DNA of 63,829 nucleotides, counting the filler, from Octopus bimaculoides (taxonomy: Eukaryota): the NCBI RefSeq assembly GCF_001194135.2. It is 4 parts of 3 records of this genome, joined end to end, with 100 filler letters (N's around TTAATTAATTAA, not from the genome) between each part and the next. Parts side by side here need not be neighbours in the genome. Positions count along the whole stretch, not along the records: positions 16,905 to 36,772 come from NC_068985.1; positions 36,873 to 62,563 come from NC_068990.1; 2 more parts are not named here. One strand, given 5' to 3'. The translations under genes and the position numbers were made by a program. Every line of letters starts with the position of its first letter. The first letter of the stretch is position 1. The notes beneath the pieces are model-generated. The model saw nothing but the letters and a program-made list of their open reading frames with translations, searched no databases and was not told the origin of the DNA. Shown here piece after piece: positions 35,784 to 48,877 of the stretch.

Positions 35784-36872
35784 CTGGACAAAACAATAAC
35801 GACGACAACAACAACAACAGCATCAACTTCTTAATTTGCAATCCCACGTGGGAATTTCTACATGCTAGATCAAGCCTTTAGAAATTGTTGGCAGATCTCT
35901 CTTAAATAAAACCCTATAAAATTTGAAAAGGAAGTGTATATTGGATAGTAAAGTCTTGAATATACTTTGAAATTAGATGAAATGGCCACTGTTGGATAGC
36001 TTTTGATCATAGGTATGCTGGACAAGAGCTACCCGGAGCTAAATAACATCTGTACCATTTTTCTTTCCCAATAGATAAAGATATAATACCAATAAACTAT
36101 ACATAGGCAAATGGGGATGAAATAATTTCTCTGGGCAATTCTCGATTGTTTTCCTGAATTCCTTAAATGGAATAATCACTGTCGTAATCGTACTTGACGC
36201 TTGTGGAATTTTGTCGCCAAAAGAGAAGACAATATACCATTTTTAAGCTTCCTAAGCTGTAAATATGACAAATATAATGAAATAAATATTAAGCTTGAAA
36301 TATCAAGAGTCAGTTGTGCTCGTTATGATATTTTACTTCCAACAATTTCTATCGAAGAATAATTCACCCAATTTAATTTTGTTGCTGATGGTTCCTCCTA
36401 CATACATATCTCTTTCTTTTCTTTTTTCCTGCAAGTGAAACCTGGGTTCGAACCAAATTCCGATATTTCAAATAAATGACTAAATTAGAATAAAGAAATT
36501 TACGAAAGTTGAATAATGCGAAGAGTGAAAACTGGTTTCGTTTAGGGGCTGAAATGATGAAGGAACCGATAATCGATATTACATTTGGTGACTTTGTATC
36601 GATCACTTTTACGGTTAACATGTCTTGCGGTTGTTCAACATTCACGTGCTCAACTATATATGTATATAAATATATACTACTTCCTTGTGTAGAAACGCAC
36701 TTACATAAACACACACATACATATAAACTTACATACATATATGTATACATATATGTATGTATATATATATATNNNNNNNNNNNNNNNNNNNNNNNNNNNN
36801 NNNNNNNNNNNNNNNNTTAATTAATTAANNNNNNNNNNNNNNNNNNNNNNNNNNNNNNNNNNNNNNNNNNNN

Positions 36873-37181
36873 CAGCGAAACGGGCTGATTACTACCTAGC
36901 TCAGATACCAGGAAACCCCAAAATGGCTGAAGTTCAAAAGATAGTGCTCATGGGAACTGCCCATAGCCTACGTAAAATACTGTCTATGTGATCTCAAATT
37001 TTAAAGCAAACAAATAATTTTCTTATGGTTTCTTAAACATTCACTAGAACAAAACTACAAATCCAAATATATGGTACCCTAGGCATAACACCTACATGAA
37101 CTTCTAACTTGTTGTCTCTTGAGGTCTCTGGGTGAGACTTGGATCCAACTTGTACAAATGCAAAGCAAAAGTCAAACATAA

Positions 37182-37212
<31 letters not shown>
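36873..37212 (+). mobile_element. R4/Dong-type LINE 3' end with (AAT)n tail
   Basis: Reads LAQIPGNPKMAEVQKIVLMGTAHSLRKILSM*, then UTR and (AAT)n. Confidence 0.85.
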
Positions 37213-37216
<4 letters not shown>

Positions 37217-37229
37217 CCATGATGCAATA

Positions 37230-37781
37230 CCAGGCATAGCTCTCATGACTTCTGGTATAAACTGATTGGAAGTGTTAGCATGTACATGTTTTGTCTTGGT
37301 ATAAAAGATGGACTATAGCAAACATTTTGCTCAATATCACAGATTTGCTTGTCCGTTGTTTGGCCTTAATCAGTTGAGCAAGTCCCTTGAGGGCTGACAA
37401 TATGTGCATATCTAATCACAAGCAGAAGTAGTGGGTGGAGAATCATAGCCTTTGGGGTTTGACTCATTTTACTTCTGGAAACCTGGGTGTTTCGTTCATC
37501 GGGAAATAAGTCTTATTCAAGGAACTTTTGGACGAGATAGGCTACTCGACGTGACGAGAATTCTATCTGGGCCTCGCCTACAAGGTCATGCACTTTTTAT
37601 CTTGATATGAGATCACCATAACGCGTACATATATGGTTGTGATGCATGTGTCTGGTGTACTCTTATGAGACGGACAATCATGATGGGTATATTAGGCTTC
37701 GTATATTTGTACTCTACTGTTTTTTAACGGCATGCGCTGCTCTCTCACACAACAACAACGACAACAATAATAATAATGATT

Positions 37782-37815
<34 letters not shown>
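37230..37815 (+). mobile_element. Unclassified retroelement 3' portion with (AAC/AAT)n tail
   Basis: 3' end shared with 28490-28662. Confidence 0.6.
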
Positions 37816-37820
<5 letters not shown>

Positions 37821-37979
37821 CCGCAATGCAAAATTTTAAATTTGGCAATTCCCAGTTATTGGAGGGGCAAAGTAAAACAGAAAATTCAGAAAAAAGGTAG
37901 ATGACAAATTTAAAACGAAGCATATCACAATCTGGGTGAAAGCGAATGTCGATATGAAGTGTAACTTTCCTGCCCATGT

Positions 37980-38115
37980 GACTACTACTGCTGCTGCTAC
38001 TACTACAGTTGCTACTACTGCTACAGCTGCTGCTACTAGCACTATCGCTGCTGCTGCTGCTGCTGCTTCTGCTTATGGTGCTGCAACTGCTGCTGTTGCT
38101 ACTACTGCTTCTGCA
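37980..38115 (+). repeat. (ACT/GCT)n tract
   Basis: Direct inspection. Confidence 0.9.
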
Positions 38116-38747
38116 ACTAGAAAATATTGTTGACAATGAACGTGAGGAGGTCTAAAAGTAGGATTACAATTGTTTCTTGTATGAACATTGACTTGAGTAT
38201 CACTGAATAATGACAAGTATATGATTAGATCTCTAACTACAAACTGTCATTGCAGAAGGCAGAAAACTGGTAAAACAAAATATTCGAAAGAAGAACGTGG
38301 CAGAAAAGCAAAGAAAATACGAAAATATGGAGTTATATGGCCAGTTTAAAAGAGATAGTGAGCCCTAAAATTTTTTAAGTCTCATGAGACCGGTTGAGAA
38401 GCGAGACCTGAAGCGGAGATCTGACAGCATGGAGAATGCAACCGAAAACTAGCCCCTTAATAAAATTTGTCTGCGTACTTTGGGCACAGTTCAGCAACGG
38501 CCTGCTCGAAAGCGGTACGACTCTGCTTTGGGTTACAATGCACGTGGTCGCAGTAGTTCGTCACAGATCGAAAAGTAGATTTGTTTCCTACTCTGAAACT
38601 CCGTTGTCCGGACCCTTTAAAAAGCAATCGAACTTACGTGTTTAAGCACACTAACACACACACACACACACACTAGTGCGAATAAAACTCCATGCGTTTT
38701 CAGCGTCAAGAAATAGTGATGATCATTACCGCCGCTAGCATATAGGG

Positions 38748-39122
38748 GCAGGTGTGGCTGTGTGGTAAGAAGTTTGCTTCTCCACCACATGGTGTCGGGT
38801 TCAGCTCCACTGCGTAGAATCTTGGTAAGTGTCTTCTACCATAGAATTGTGAGTGGATTTGGTAGATAGAAACTGAAAGAAGCCCGTTTCATATATATGT
38901 ATGTATGTATATATGTATGTATATGTGTATGCGTGTCTTTGTGTCAATGTTTGACCCCCACCTCCATTGTTTGTGTATTTACGTCCCCGTAACTTAGTAG
39001 TTCATCAAAAGGATAGATAAAATAAAAATTACCAGGCTTGAAAAAGTAAGTCCCGGGGGCGATTTATTCGACTAGAAGCCTACAAGACGGTGCTCCAGCA
39101 TGGCCGCAGTCAGATGACAAAA
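38748..39122 (+). mobile_element. SINE A, full-length
   Basis: Collinear with 33672-34046. Confidence 0.88.
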
Positions 39123-39910
39123 ATATCAGATACACAGAATTCGATGACATTTCATATTTTTCACACACTTGATCATATTCATTAGTCTCCAAGATTCCTA
39201 TTCATATTGAACGAGGATGCAAACCATAATTACTTATGGTACTGTATCCATTGAAAGATTTGTTTTATAGTCTTTTTACCAAGAACAATTTTTGTAACCT
39301 CAAATATTTTTCATTCACTGTGGTTATTCGTATTCAAGTCAGAAACTTTAAGTTTATTTTTTGTCTATGATACACTTTTTTTTTCCAGATCGAAAAAGCT
39401 TGATGCGTTACTCAAACTGTGATTAATAAAGATAATAATAATACTTCTCAAAACCCATGTTTTTATGTAGACCTCAATATTTGACCACTGTTTGGTCTAA
39501 TAATTGAAACAAGTGAAAGGTGAAAGACAAAAGACCACCTCAAATCTCCCTTCCTTCTGAGGTATCACATGTATGGATCAACGGAGTCACATCTACCAGT
39601 ACGTTATCCCTCTTGTGTAGAATACCTGTGTTATTTTGCTTCTTTCTCTTTTGCAAACTTGTTGCTTGGCATCCTTATTTTTCTCTATCATGTTTGACAT
39701 AAGAACTTCTATTATATCCTGGATCTAATTTTCCAACGCTTTCTGACGGACGTTTATTGCGCTGAGCCATATTGTATCTAGGCTGGCGTAGTTCATTATT
39801 GGTTGTGCGGCCTAGAATCTTTCATTTATATGAGTAGCATACTTCTAACAATAAATCACTTGACGATGACAACACACTATATTCTATTGATTATTCTTTC
39901 ACAATTTACA

Positions 39911-40091
39911 TCAACACAATCTAAATACGAGGCATAGTAGTATTTCTAATAACAGGAAAGTTGAAAAGATACCCACATACGGGGGTACAATCTTCGGCGA
40001 CGCAAAATTACATTCGTTATTCATCTGAAATAATCTTGCGCTGCATGCTTCCTTATAACTAAGTAGTCCATAACATACGCTTTCAAAGTTG
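39911..40091 (-). CDS. Candidate terminal exon with hydrophobic (GPI/TM-like) C-terminus
   Basis: Reads NFESVCYGLLSYKEACSARLFQMNNECNFASPKIVPPYVGIFSTFLLLEILLCLVFRLC*; possible acceptor ttattttcctcgcatcctatgatag|. Confidence 0.25.
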
Positions 40092-41299
40092 CTATCATAG
40101 GATGCGAGGAAAATAACAATTTCTGTCAAACTCTTAATAACATCACATATAACACTTCAAAGTAGAATTATAAGAATATTCTTCTTCGTGGTTAGTAATT
40201 CTTCCGCCTTGATCAGTTTCTTCTGACACATTTCAAACTTCAGGTGTCACTAACATTAAATATTTTCATCAATCTGTGATAAGGCTATTGATTATTTATA
40301 CAAGTAAAAAGACGCAAAACTCAGTTTGTTAAAAAGCAATCTGTTGATTAGCAAACAGTCAGTCAGCAAACACTGTAACAAATGTTTTATATATGCATTA
40401 TTTCAACTATGACGGCTTCTGCTTCTGTGGCAAATTATTGTATATCTGTCTATTCACAAACGGAATCTGTATTTTGGTGTTAATGAACGTCCTTAATATC
40501 TTTTACTGCTTTAAACTATTGCGTAGTAACTGTCACTTTCCTACCAACTCTAGGTACTAGTGTGCGGGCCACACATATATGTCCGTGATTAAAATGTTAT
40601 TAAGCATATTTTCCAAGCTTATTACAGGTTTTCCTCAGTCGAGTAAAATGCAGTAAATATTTGGATACTTGATATTTTATTGCTAACAATGAAATCCAAC
40701 GTCATAAAGGTTACTTTATAAGCTATAAAAGAGGATGAATGATGAGAGGGGAAATATTCCCATAAAGATACTCAATCACAGTTTATATGGCGTTTTTGTA
40801 TTCCTCTATTATAAAAAAAAAGTAACTGTATTGTTAATTATATGATTCAAAATATGCAGTTCACTAATGTTTATTGATGGTATCAGATGTTTGTGTTTTA
40901 TTTCTCTTTTACAACATCAGGCTACAAATGTATTTTAGATATTTTCTGATGCCAAATTATGTTATTACATCATAGGGGCTTTGTGTAAACATAGCTTAGA
41001 AATTCAAATCCATAAGATAATTTGAGAAATTAGTATGCTACCGACTAAAAGAGTAAAATAAGGAAACTGAGACCGAAATTTTGAAGCTCAGGCCCGTTTA
41101 TTTTATGTTTCATATTTCAGAATCATACGGAACGGATTTCCTCTAACTCTGCTATAATGATATGCATTCTGGGGCATTTAAACGAAGATAGAGTAAGAAG
41201 ATCACGCTTATTTGTTGAGTGGAGAGGAAAGGGCAGTGGCCATGGCCTTTGCAAGGCATCCTAGACATCCTAAACTGATAAAATTGATGCCATTAATGT

Positions 41300-41615
41300 T
41301 TCTCTCCAATTTTTATGACACTTGCGCCCTTTTAAAGCCCAGCCAGGTTCATGGGCCCGATTTGCCGGTTTCTATGGCGTATGTGTTCCCCGCCAGTCCA
41401 TCGCAGCTTTACTCAAAAAAAAAAAAAAATCGGAAGAAAGAGTGAGAGAAAGTTGGGACGAAAGAGTACACCAGGGGTCAACACCCTGCCGGAGCCTCGT
41501 GCAGCTTTAGGTGCTTTCGCTCAATAAACATACACGACGCCTGGTCTGGAAATCGAAAGTGCGATCCTCCGACCGCGAGTCCGCTGCCTTAACCACTGGG
41601 CCATTGCGCCTCCAC
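41300..41615 (-). mobile_element. SINE family E (tRNA head)
   Basis: Minus strand ggcgcaatggcccagtggttaagg (A box) ... ttcgatttcc (B box). Confidence 0.7.
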
Positions 41616-41667
41616 TACATATATACATGTATGTATATCAATATATGCATTTGTATATATGTGAGAA

Positions 41668-41960
41668 AGCATGGCCTAGTGGTTAGGGTGTTGCACGTGC
41701 GTTCGTGGTTTCATTTCCTCGACTTGTTGGTGCGTTGTGTTCTTGAACAAAATACTTCATCACATGTTGCTTTTCAATCACTTCGACACATGAAAATCAC
41801 TTCGACCCCAGACACGTGGCACACCGTGCAACGCCGATTTGACGAAGCGGGTGAGCTTAATGCACAGTACATTCAGTTGATCATTATAAGCAAATCATTT
41901 GTGCAGAGTGTCCCGCAAAAGCTGATCATTCACACGAGGCTTTCGACGGAAGAGTCCAAC
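41668..41960 (+). mobile_element. SINE family D
   Basis: tggcctagtggttagggtgttgcac head; homologous to 13218-13512. Confidence 0.7.
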
Positions 41961-44900
41961 ATGTATATGAGTATTCGCGCGCGCGCAAGTGTGTGTGTAC
42001 GTGTGAGTGTAGGTGTGTGTTTGGAAAGCGATGTAGAAAAAAAGAAAGAAGCTTCACGATCTCTACGCATGAATACTCTGTGTATATCGGTTTATGAAAA
42101 TGTATCGTACTTACTCTATATGAATTATATCAGTACCAACTTTGCTTTTAATTGTGGTGCCTCTGAACATTTGGTTAACGTGAGTTTTGGCGCTTCTATA
42201 ATATATAAACTGCTTATTTTAATAAGCTTTATGGAGTCATCTTGTGTTATCTTCTAGTAAATTGTACCTTTCTAATGTATTAGTTGTCTATTTATTGTGT
42301 ATTGCAATTGGTCAATAATAATGTAGTTGCTTACATGTTTCTAAAGACCTAATCACTAGTTGACCGCATTTCGTATGTGATAGTGAGAATCGCAACCAAA
42401 TGTCTATAACGGCACAAAATATATTTCAAAGAACTTTCTTCGCAAAGTAAAGTATTTCTTTTGTTTCCTCATCGACGTTTATATATCTGATCAATATACA
42501 CCAGAGAATAAATACACACACACACACACACACACACCGTACACGTACGCATATGCACATACAAACAGATACNNNNNNNNNNNNNNNNNNNNNNNNNNNN
42601 NNNNNNNNNNNNNNNNNNNNNNNNNNNNNNNNNNNNNNNNNNNNNNNNNNNNNNNNNNNNNATACATATATATATGTACATGTGTGTGCGTGTGTGTATG
42701 ACGGGATTCTGCGTAAATTTTATCTGCCAAGAATCCACTCACAAGTCAAACACTTGCTCAAGGGCATCTAACTGCTAATAACATGATTAAGGAATGATAT
42801 TCTTAATCTCAAACTCATACCAATGAATGGCAAGTGCCAATAGCTATTCGAGGTTATCTTCCAGTTGCTATAATTTGGTCTTGTATTTGAAACGATGTTC
42901 GATCTACTTCAGGTTATCATCAAATCCACTTCATAATAAAACTGTTATAGAATGGGGGGGGGGGCGCAATATAGAATATTTTATTATATGATTATGAGTT
43001 TGATATTCGATTGCTAGTATAATCTGTCAATTTTTTTTTAGTTGTGTATGAGTGATCAGAGCTGATTTAACATATAATATTTCTCCATTTGACATTCGAT
43101 ACGTGTTATAGCTCAGTTGTGTTGAAATGTTAGGCCACGTTGAAGTACTTCAATATTTTTAAGTTTATCTTTATTGCAATTATTAGGTAAAACATTTTAT
43201 ACTCATTCCATTGTACACACACACAAAAAAAACATGCACACACATACACACACATGCACACACGCACGAACTCACACACTTGTATAAATATGTGTGTGAA
43301 AACACTCATGCACTAACAAATATATCTACATTTATATAGGTATATCTATCTATCTGTCTATCGACCTATCAATATATATAAATCAAAATAAGCAACAAGG
43401 ATATTCAAGGTTAATGCAGTTAATGCGACTCCATTTATTTAAGCAATCTTCAGCTGCACAAAGATACAGAAAATTTACTGAAATTTCATTTCAGTAGAAG
43501 GACATATTATTGTAACTAGATTTAAACAATCCAAGTTGGAAAGAAGAATAGGAGACTTCCCAAAAGTTAAAGGAAGGTATAGTAATAAGCCCCATCCACA
43601 AGGGAAGTAGCACAGCAGATGCTAAAAATTATAGACCTGTATATATGTATGCATATATATACATATATATTGATAGATATATATTTATATATATATATAT
43701 ATATGTACATATACATATATACATATATATAAGTATGTATTTATGTATGTATGTATGTATGTATGTATGTATGCATGCATACATATAAACATGCATATAC
43801 ATACGGGTTCAGTTCCTATTGAGAATTTTTCATGCATCATTTGTTCTTTTCGCTTACTTGTGAGATAATATATTTCTTAGTTCGTCAGTTGTTCCTCGTA
43901 TTTCTATAACATTCTACAACTCTATAAGCGGGAAAATGAACATCTAATCTTATTTTCTGGGTAATATTACTCAACTAGTTTACTTTGGGTTTTTTCTATT
44001 GTACTAATGATTAATATCCCGTTTTATATTACGATTGTACTAATTTTCGACCGCGTAAGTTGTTTGTTTCATAAATGTATAGTTTCGCAGGTAAAATCAG
44101 CTATGAATTCTTTGCAACATTGCGCTGTGCAACTTACACTATATAATATTATTCGTTTTGTAAAAAATTTAATTACGTCTCTTAGTAACAATTCGTTTAG
44201 ATTCTCAAGCGCAGTCTGTATTTTTGGTATCTTGGTAATAAAAAAAGTGGTCTGCTTTGGTGATAATATATCACGTTTATTTCTTTAGTAGTAAAGCTTT
44301 TAGCTATTACTATCAACTGGCTTTTTGCCTTATTTAACAGAATAATATGAACGAAAAATCATACTGCAATATCAATGCTAATATGGTAGTCGCTGCTATA
44401 AGATCAGCAGTAGCAGCACTAGTTTCCATTCAGTGTTGATTATTCTTATTATTCTTGTATCAAGCGTTTGTAACACTGCACAATCTAGTATTGAGTCACA
44501 GACGCTGATAAGCATTAAAGGAATGTAAAACACAGAGTATATGAGCGAAATCTTAGTGAATAGATTTTAAAGCATATTTATCCATTAAGTCGAAATTGTT
44601 GCTACGGTAACAGTTGATGCAGGAGAGATATTATGGACTTTCATTTAAATAGAATACGACTTAACTCTCATCAATAACATTCAACAGATGAGAACCGATA
44701 GAATATCGATGGAATCTGCTTCAGTAACAGAGCACAACTACCAAACAGAACGATATAGAGCGATAATTGATTGCAGAAGTCCGTCAATAATGCGATATAA
44801 TGAGCAAAATGTATTGCGATTACTACTACTTCTACCACTACGTAAATTATTGATTTTACTCTAGGAACAAGATCATTTTTTCTTTTTTTTTTTTTAAGCG

Positions 44901-47023
44901 ACAATTAAATATTCGATTAAAATATCTTCGATGAATTTCTGACATCTTTTTTCTCATTTTTAAGAAAATACGTCTTTTGACAAGGTTGTTGATGTAAAGA
45001 GAGAAAATTGAATGTTATAAATTATTTGACAACTTGCTGACTTAACTAGCACTATTTTTGATTTCTTAGATATCAGCGGAGAGGGTAGAAAAATACAAAA
45101 ACTGCGATTTACATAACTTTTCCATGACCATTATCAGAGTTAATAAAATAAAATATACGATATAAGACTGCAATGGAGGCTCCATTATTTAGTATTATGT
45201 TTTTTGCTCTGCAACTTTCAGCAGTTAAAAGCATTTTTATTGGGAGAGATAGCATAGTCAATTGAATCGATCCCGTTATATTATAGGAATTTATTTTATT
45301 CTTCCTGTTCCGACGGGATCTATGCTCGTAATTTATAGATGCAAAATGAAGCAAAATAACGCAATTTAGTTTTACGACTAAGTATTTTTGCCAAAGGCCA
45401 CCCTTACAAATGTAACAAATATTTGTGTGATCAGGGAAATTTTAAACCTTCAGCAAAACACGCTAACAATCCAATTTCGACTCTGAGTTTAAGCTAATAT
45501 ATTTCACTAACATGAATATTGTCAAAAAGAATGGTGTTCAAAGCCAAAACAATATCATTCCCTTTAAATACGTATTACCTTTTGCCAATTACGTTATCAA
45601 TAATAACTGTGATAATATAATAACAGAGCTATTACAAAACCACATGCGAAACTCTTCTATATCTAATTACATAACTTTCTGTGGCAGAATAAGAAATTTG
45701 GCTTTGATCATTAGAACTGACAAGATAAAATGCCTAGTATAAATAATTAGGATTAGCATTCCCCACCACCACCACCTATTTCCTCTAATATAAATGGAAT
45801 AAAGTATTTGGAAGCTGAGACCAGCAAGAATAAAAGAATGTCAAAAAGATCACTGAAGAATAGCATGGCATAAAAGAGACAGCAACATCAAGCAGTTGGC
45901 AGAAAACAAACACAAACATATATACTTATACATACATCGTATATCTTATACATAAATGGCAATTTCTGCCTACACCAGTGAAACAAGCTTGACGAAACTT
46001 TGCATACATGTTAAACTAACATCCAGTTCAATTATCAGCTAACTAGATTCCAATACAAATCTATAATGGTTCCACTAAGGATGTTGGGATATTATTTCAT
46101 AAAATGAGAAGGGTGCAAAGAGTGCTCGTGTGAGGGAAATGCGGTAGCATAATGAGTGTTGATGATATCAGGGAAGGAGAGAACAGCATTGCGTAGGCAA
46201 CAAGTATGGAATGATTGTAGGATAGTAACGTTAATACAGCTGTCAATCATGGATATACACGCGACGCTGCCTGCATGGTTTCGTAAATACATAGATAACA
46301 GCATGCACACACCCGCGCGCGCACTTCACGCACTCACATGCGCACATACACTTAAGTAAATTTTAAAACGCCGAGGAAGAGAAAAAAAGTGGGTGTGAGG
46401 AAAACGTAGTTTTAAGCAGAGACGGGTAGGTGGAATTTTTGATGTTTACATACACGTACATATACATACATGCGTACAAACATAGTACATACATATATAC
46501 ATACACATATACATACATATGTCTACTATACACTATTTTAAACTATGTATGATTAACTGTGTGCATGTTTGTAAATGTGTGTGTATGTGGCGGGGGGTGT
46601 ATGTGTCGTGTCCTATAACTGTCTCCACTTTTGTAGGATCTTCCCTGTTGCTGTCAGATATTGTGAAATTTTAAAATTACGTCAAAATTTGAAAATTTTG
46701 TATGTTGAAATAATAATTCAACGTTAAATCCGATTTTGTTAATTATATGTTCCTGAAAAATTGTAGAGAAATGTTACTGAGGTTTAAAATTAAATCAATT
46801 TTACTTAATCAGAAAACGGGATTTGGAAGCTAGCATTTTCTGCATGATAGCTGTCTATCACAAAATGAAATCAAAATCTTTACGAAGAGGAATTTATATT
46901 AACCAAACAAAAGCAAAGCATACGACGACCTAAGTTGTAAGAACGTCTGGAGTATTAGTAAGTTTTGAAGCATGAATTCATGTGAAACATATGTGTGTTT
47001 GTGTGTGTGTGTGTATACAGATA

Positions 47024-47520
47024 TCTTTTTATTATAGCCACACAGGGCTAAATACAGAAAATGGACAAATTACAAAGTAGAGCTTTTCTTGGGGGGGGGG
47101 GATAATTTCGATCAAAAGGGATCGGGGAAGAAAAAAAAAACAAAAAAAAACGTGTATCACAGTCGATGTAAAAAACGGGGAACAGAGTAGGTTTATCCGT
47201 GGAGAGAAAAGCCTACGGAAAAGACCACGGTCACCTCAGGCTTTTTTTAAAAAAGGTACAAGAAAGTAAGTACCTTCTCTCTTTTTGTTACAAGTCTATG
47301 CTTAAAATGGTGTCGTCTTTCATTCTTACCATTCTTGCCACATTTACCCATTTCTTATTGAAACTTTCATTCGACAACACTTTCCTCTCTATCCTCATCC
47401 TCCTTTTCAAGTGGTACTTGAAAAAGTTGACGAGGGACTGACCAGAGAGGAAAGTGTTTGTTTGTAGACCTTTCAAACGCGTCCACCACACGCATTCTTT
47501 TGCCATAGTTATCAGTGTTA
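47024..47520 (-). mobile_element. Tx1/L1-type LINE 3' end (ORF2 C-terminus plus UTR)
   Basis: [40 protein letters not shown]...KWVNVARMV, homologous to about 14300-14530; UTR ends with AATAAA. Confidence 0.8.
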
Positions 47521-47539
47521 CAAAAACCGTTTGTGTATA

Positions 47540-47608
47540 CAGATAGATAGATAGACAGACAGACTGACAGACAGACATACAAACAGACAGACAAACAGAC
47601 AGACAGAC

Positions 47609-47680
<72 letters not shown>
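47540..47680 (+). repeat. (GACA)n(GATA)n
   Basis: Direct inspection. Confidence 0.95.
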
Positions 47681-47711
47681 GTATAATATAAATATATACT
47701 TATGTACACAT

Positions 47712-47742
<31 letters not shown>

Positions 47743-48727
47743 ACTATATACTATTCAACTATCATTATACAGGAAGCAGTTTTACGTGTAATTCTAGAAA
47801 AATTCCAATCACCTTTGTTAGTTAATGATCATTCAGTGCATCTAGTCTGTGTATTTCTTTCGACATCTTCAGTTGTGGAACTCGTAATCCTTATTCGTTT
47901 CACTTCTACTCTGTCGTTTCTATCAATTTCTGTTCTGTGTTTTGACTAAAACATTTCACCTAGTAGTGTACCAACCATAGATGCTTCAGAGTCATTTTTG
48001 TAATTCTACAAATATATATAGTTTAATATGTTACATGAATAATTTTTGTGTGAAGCAAAATTATATTTGTTGCATTGAACAACAAAAATATCTTCGAACA
48101 GTTCTAAAACGCTTCTTAGAAGTAATACGTATACACGGAATAAGTCAAACAAACGTCAGAGCAATATATTTCGAACAGTATCTAAACGCTGGGAGTATGT
48201 TTTGCTGTAAATTAGACATCTGAAGATGCAATATAATGAAAAAATACCATAATTGTAATGTAGTTTGTCACACAGTATATATTTAGGGGTATTATAGTCA
48301 TTATTGCACAGAATGTTCAGTTGACAGAAAATAGACAGAGAGAAGAATGTATTTGAATCCCGAAAGAGAATGAAACTTGTGTTTCAGACATTATACGACT
48401 GGGGACTTTGCATATGTTTCATATATTGTGCTTCACTTGACAGAAAATATTACCATCAACATGTTGTTCATCATCTAATGAGATATTGCAGATGATTTTC
48501 AGGAAACAATTCGTAAAATCAGAATGAATGGTATAAAATATTGCTAGCGCTTCTAAGTGATATTGAATATAGACTAATCCTGAAAGAATTTTATGGCTTT
48601 TATTGAGTGCGTCTTTGACCTCCTCAGAGCACGGAGACACGTAGCATTGAAATGGCTTATGTACATCTAGAAATACGGCAAGTCGGCAAATGTAAAAAAA
48701 GGATTATAATTAGTGGTATGTGCTCAC

Positions 48728-48877
48728 CTGGAAATAGAGACAAAGGCAGTCTGATGCGTTTTTTGTTGAATTGATGTGGAGGCCATTAGTTGTCCCTAAA
48801 TAGACAGAACGTTGTAGTAGCAGTAGAAACATACAAGCGAAGATCACAGTGAGTGAATATCTAGAGTAGTTTCGCAT
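48728..48877 (-). CDS. Candidate first coding exon with signal peptide/anchor
   Basis: Reads MRNYSRYSLTVIFACMFLLLLQRSVYLGTTNGLHINSTKNASDCLCLYFQ, ending at donor CAG|GTGAGC; the open frame extends to the ATG at 49039. Confidence 0.28.

Noticed and set aside
41511-42257. 248-aa ORF, the longest gap-free ORF
   Set aside because: It is a chance open frame across SINE E, a microsatellite and SINE D, starting at GTG.
44688-44864. 58-codon plus-strand ORF after a cag acceptor
   Set aside because: No recognisable motif, and its end derives from an (ACT)n-like tract.
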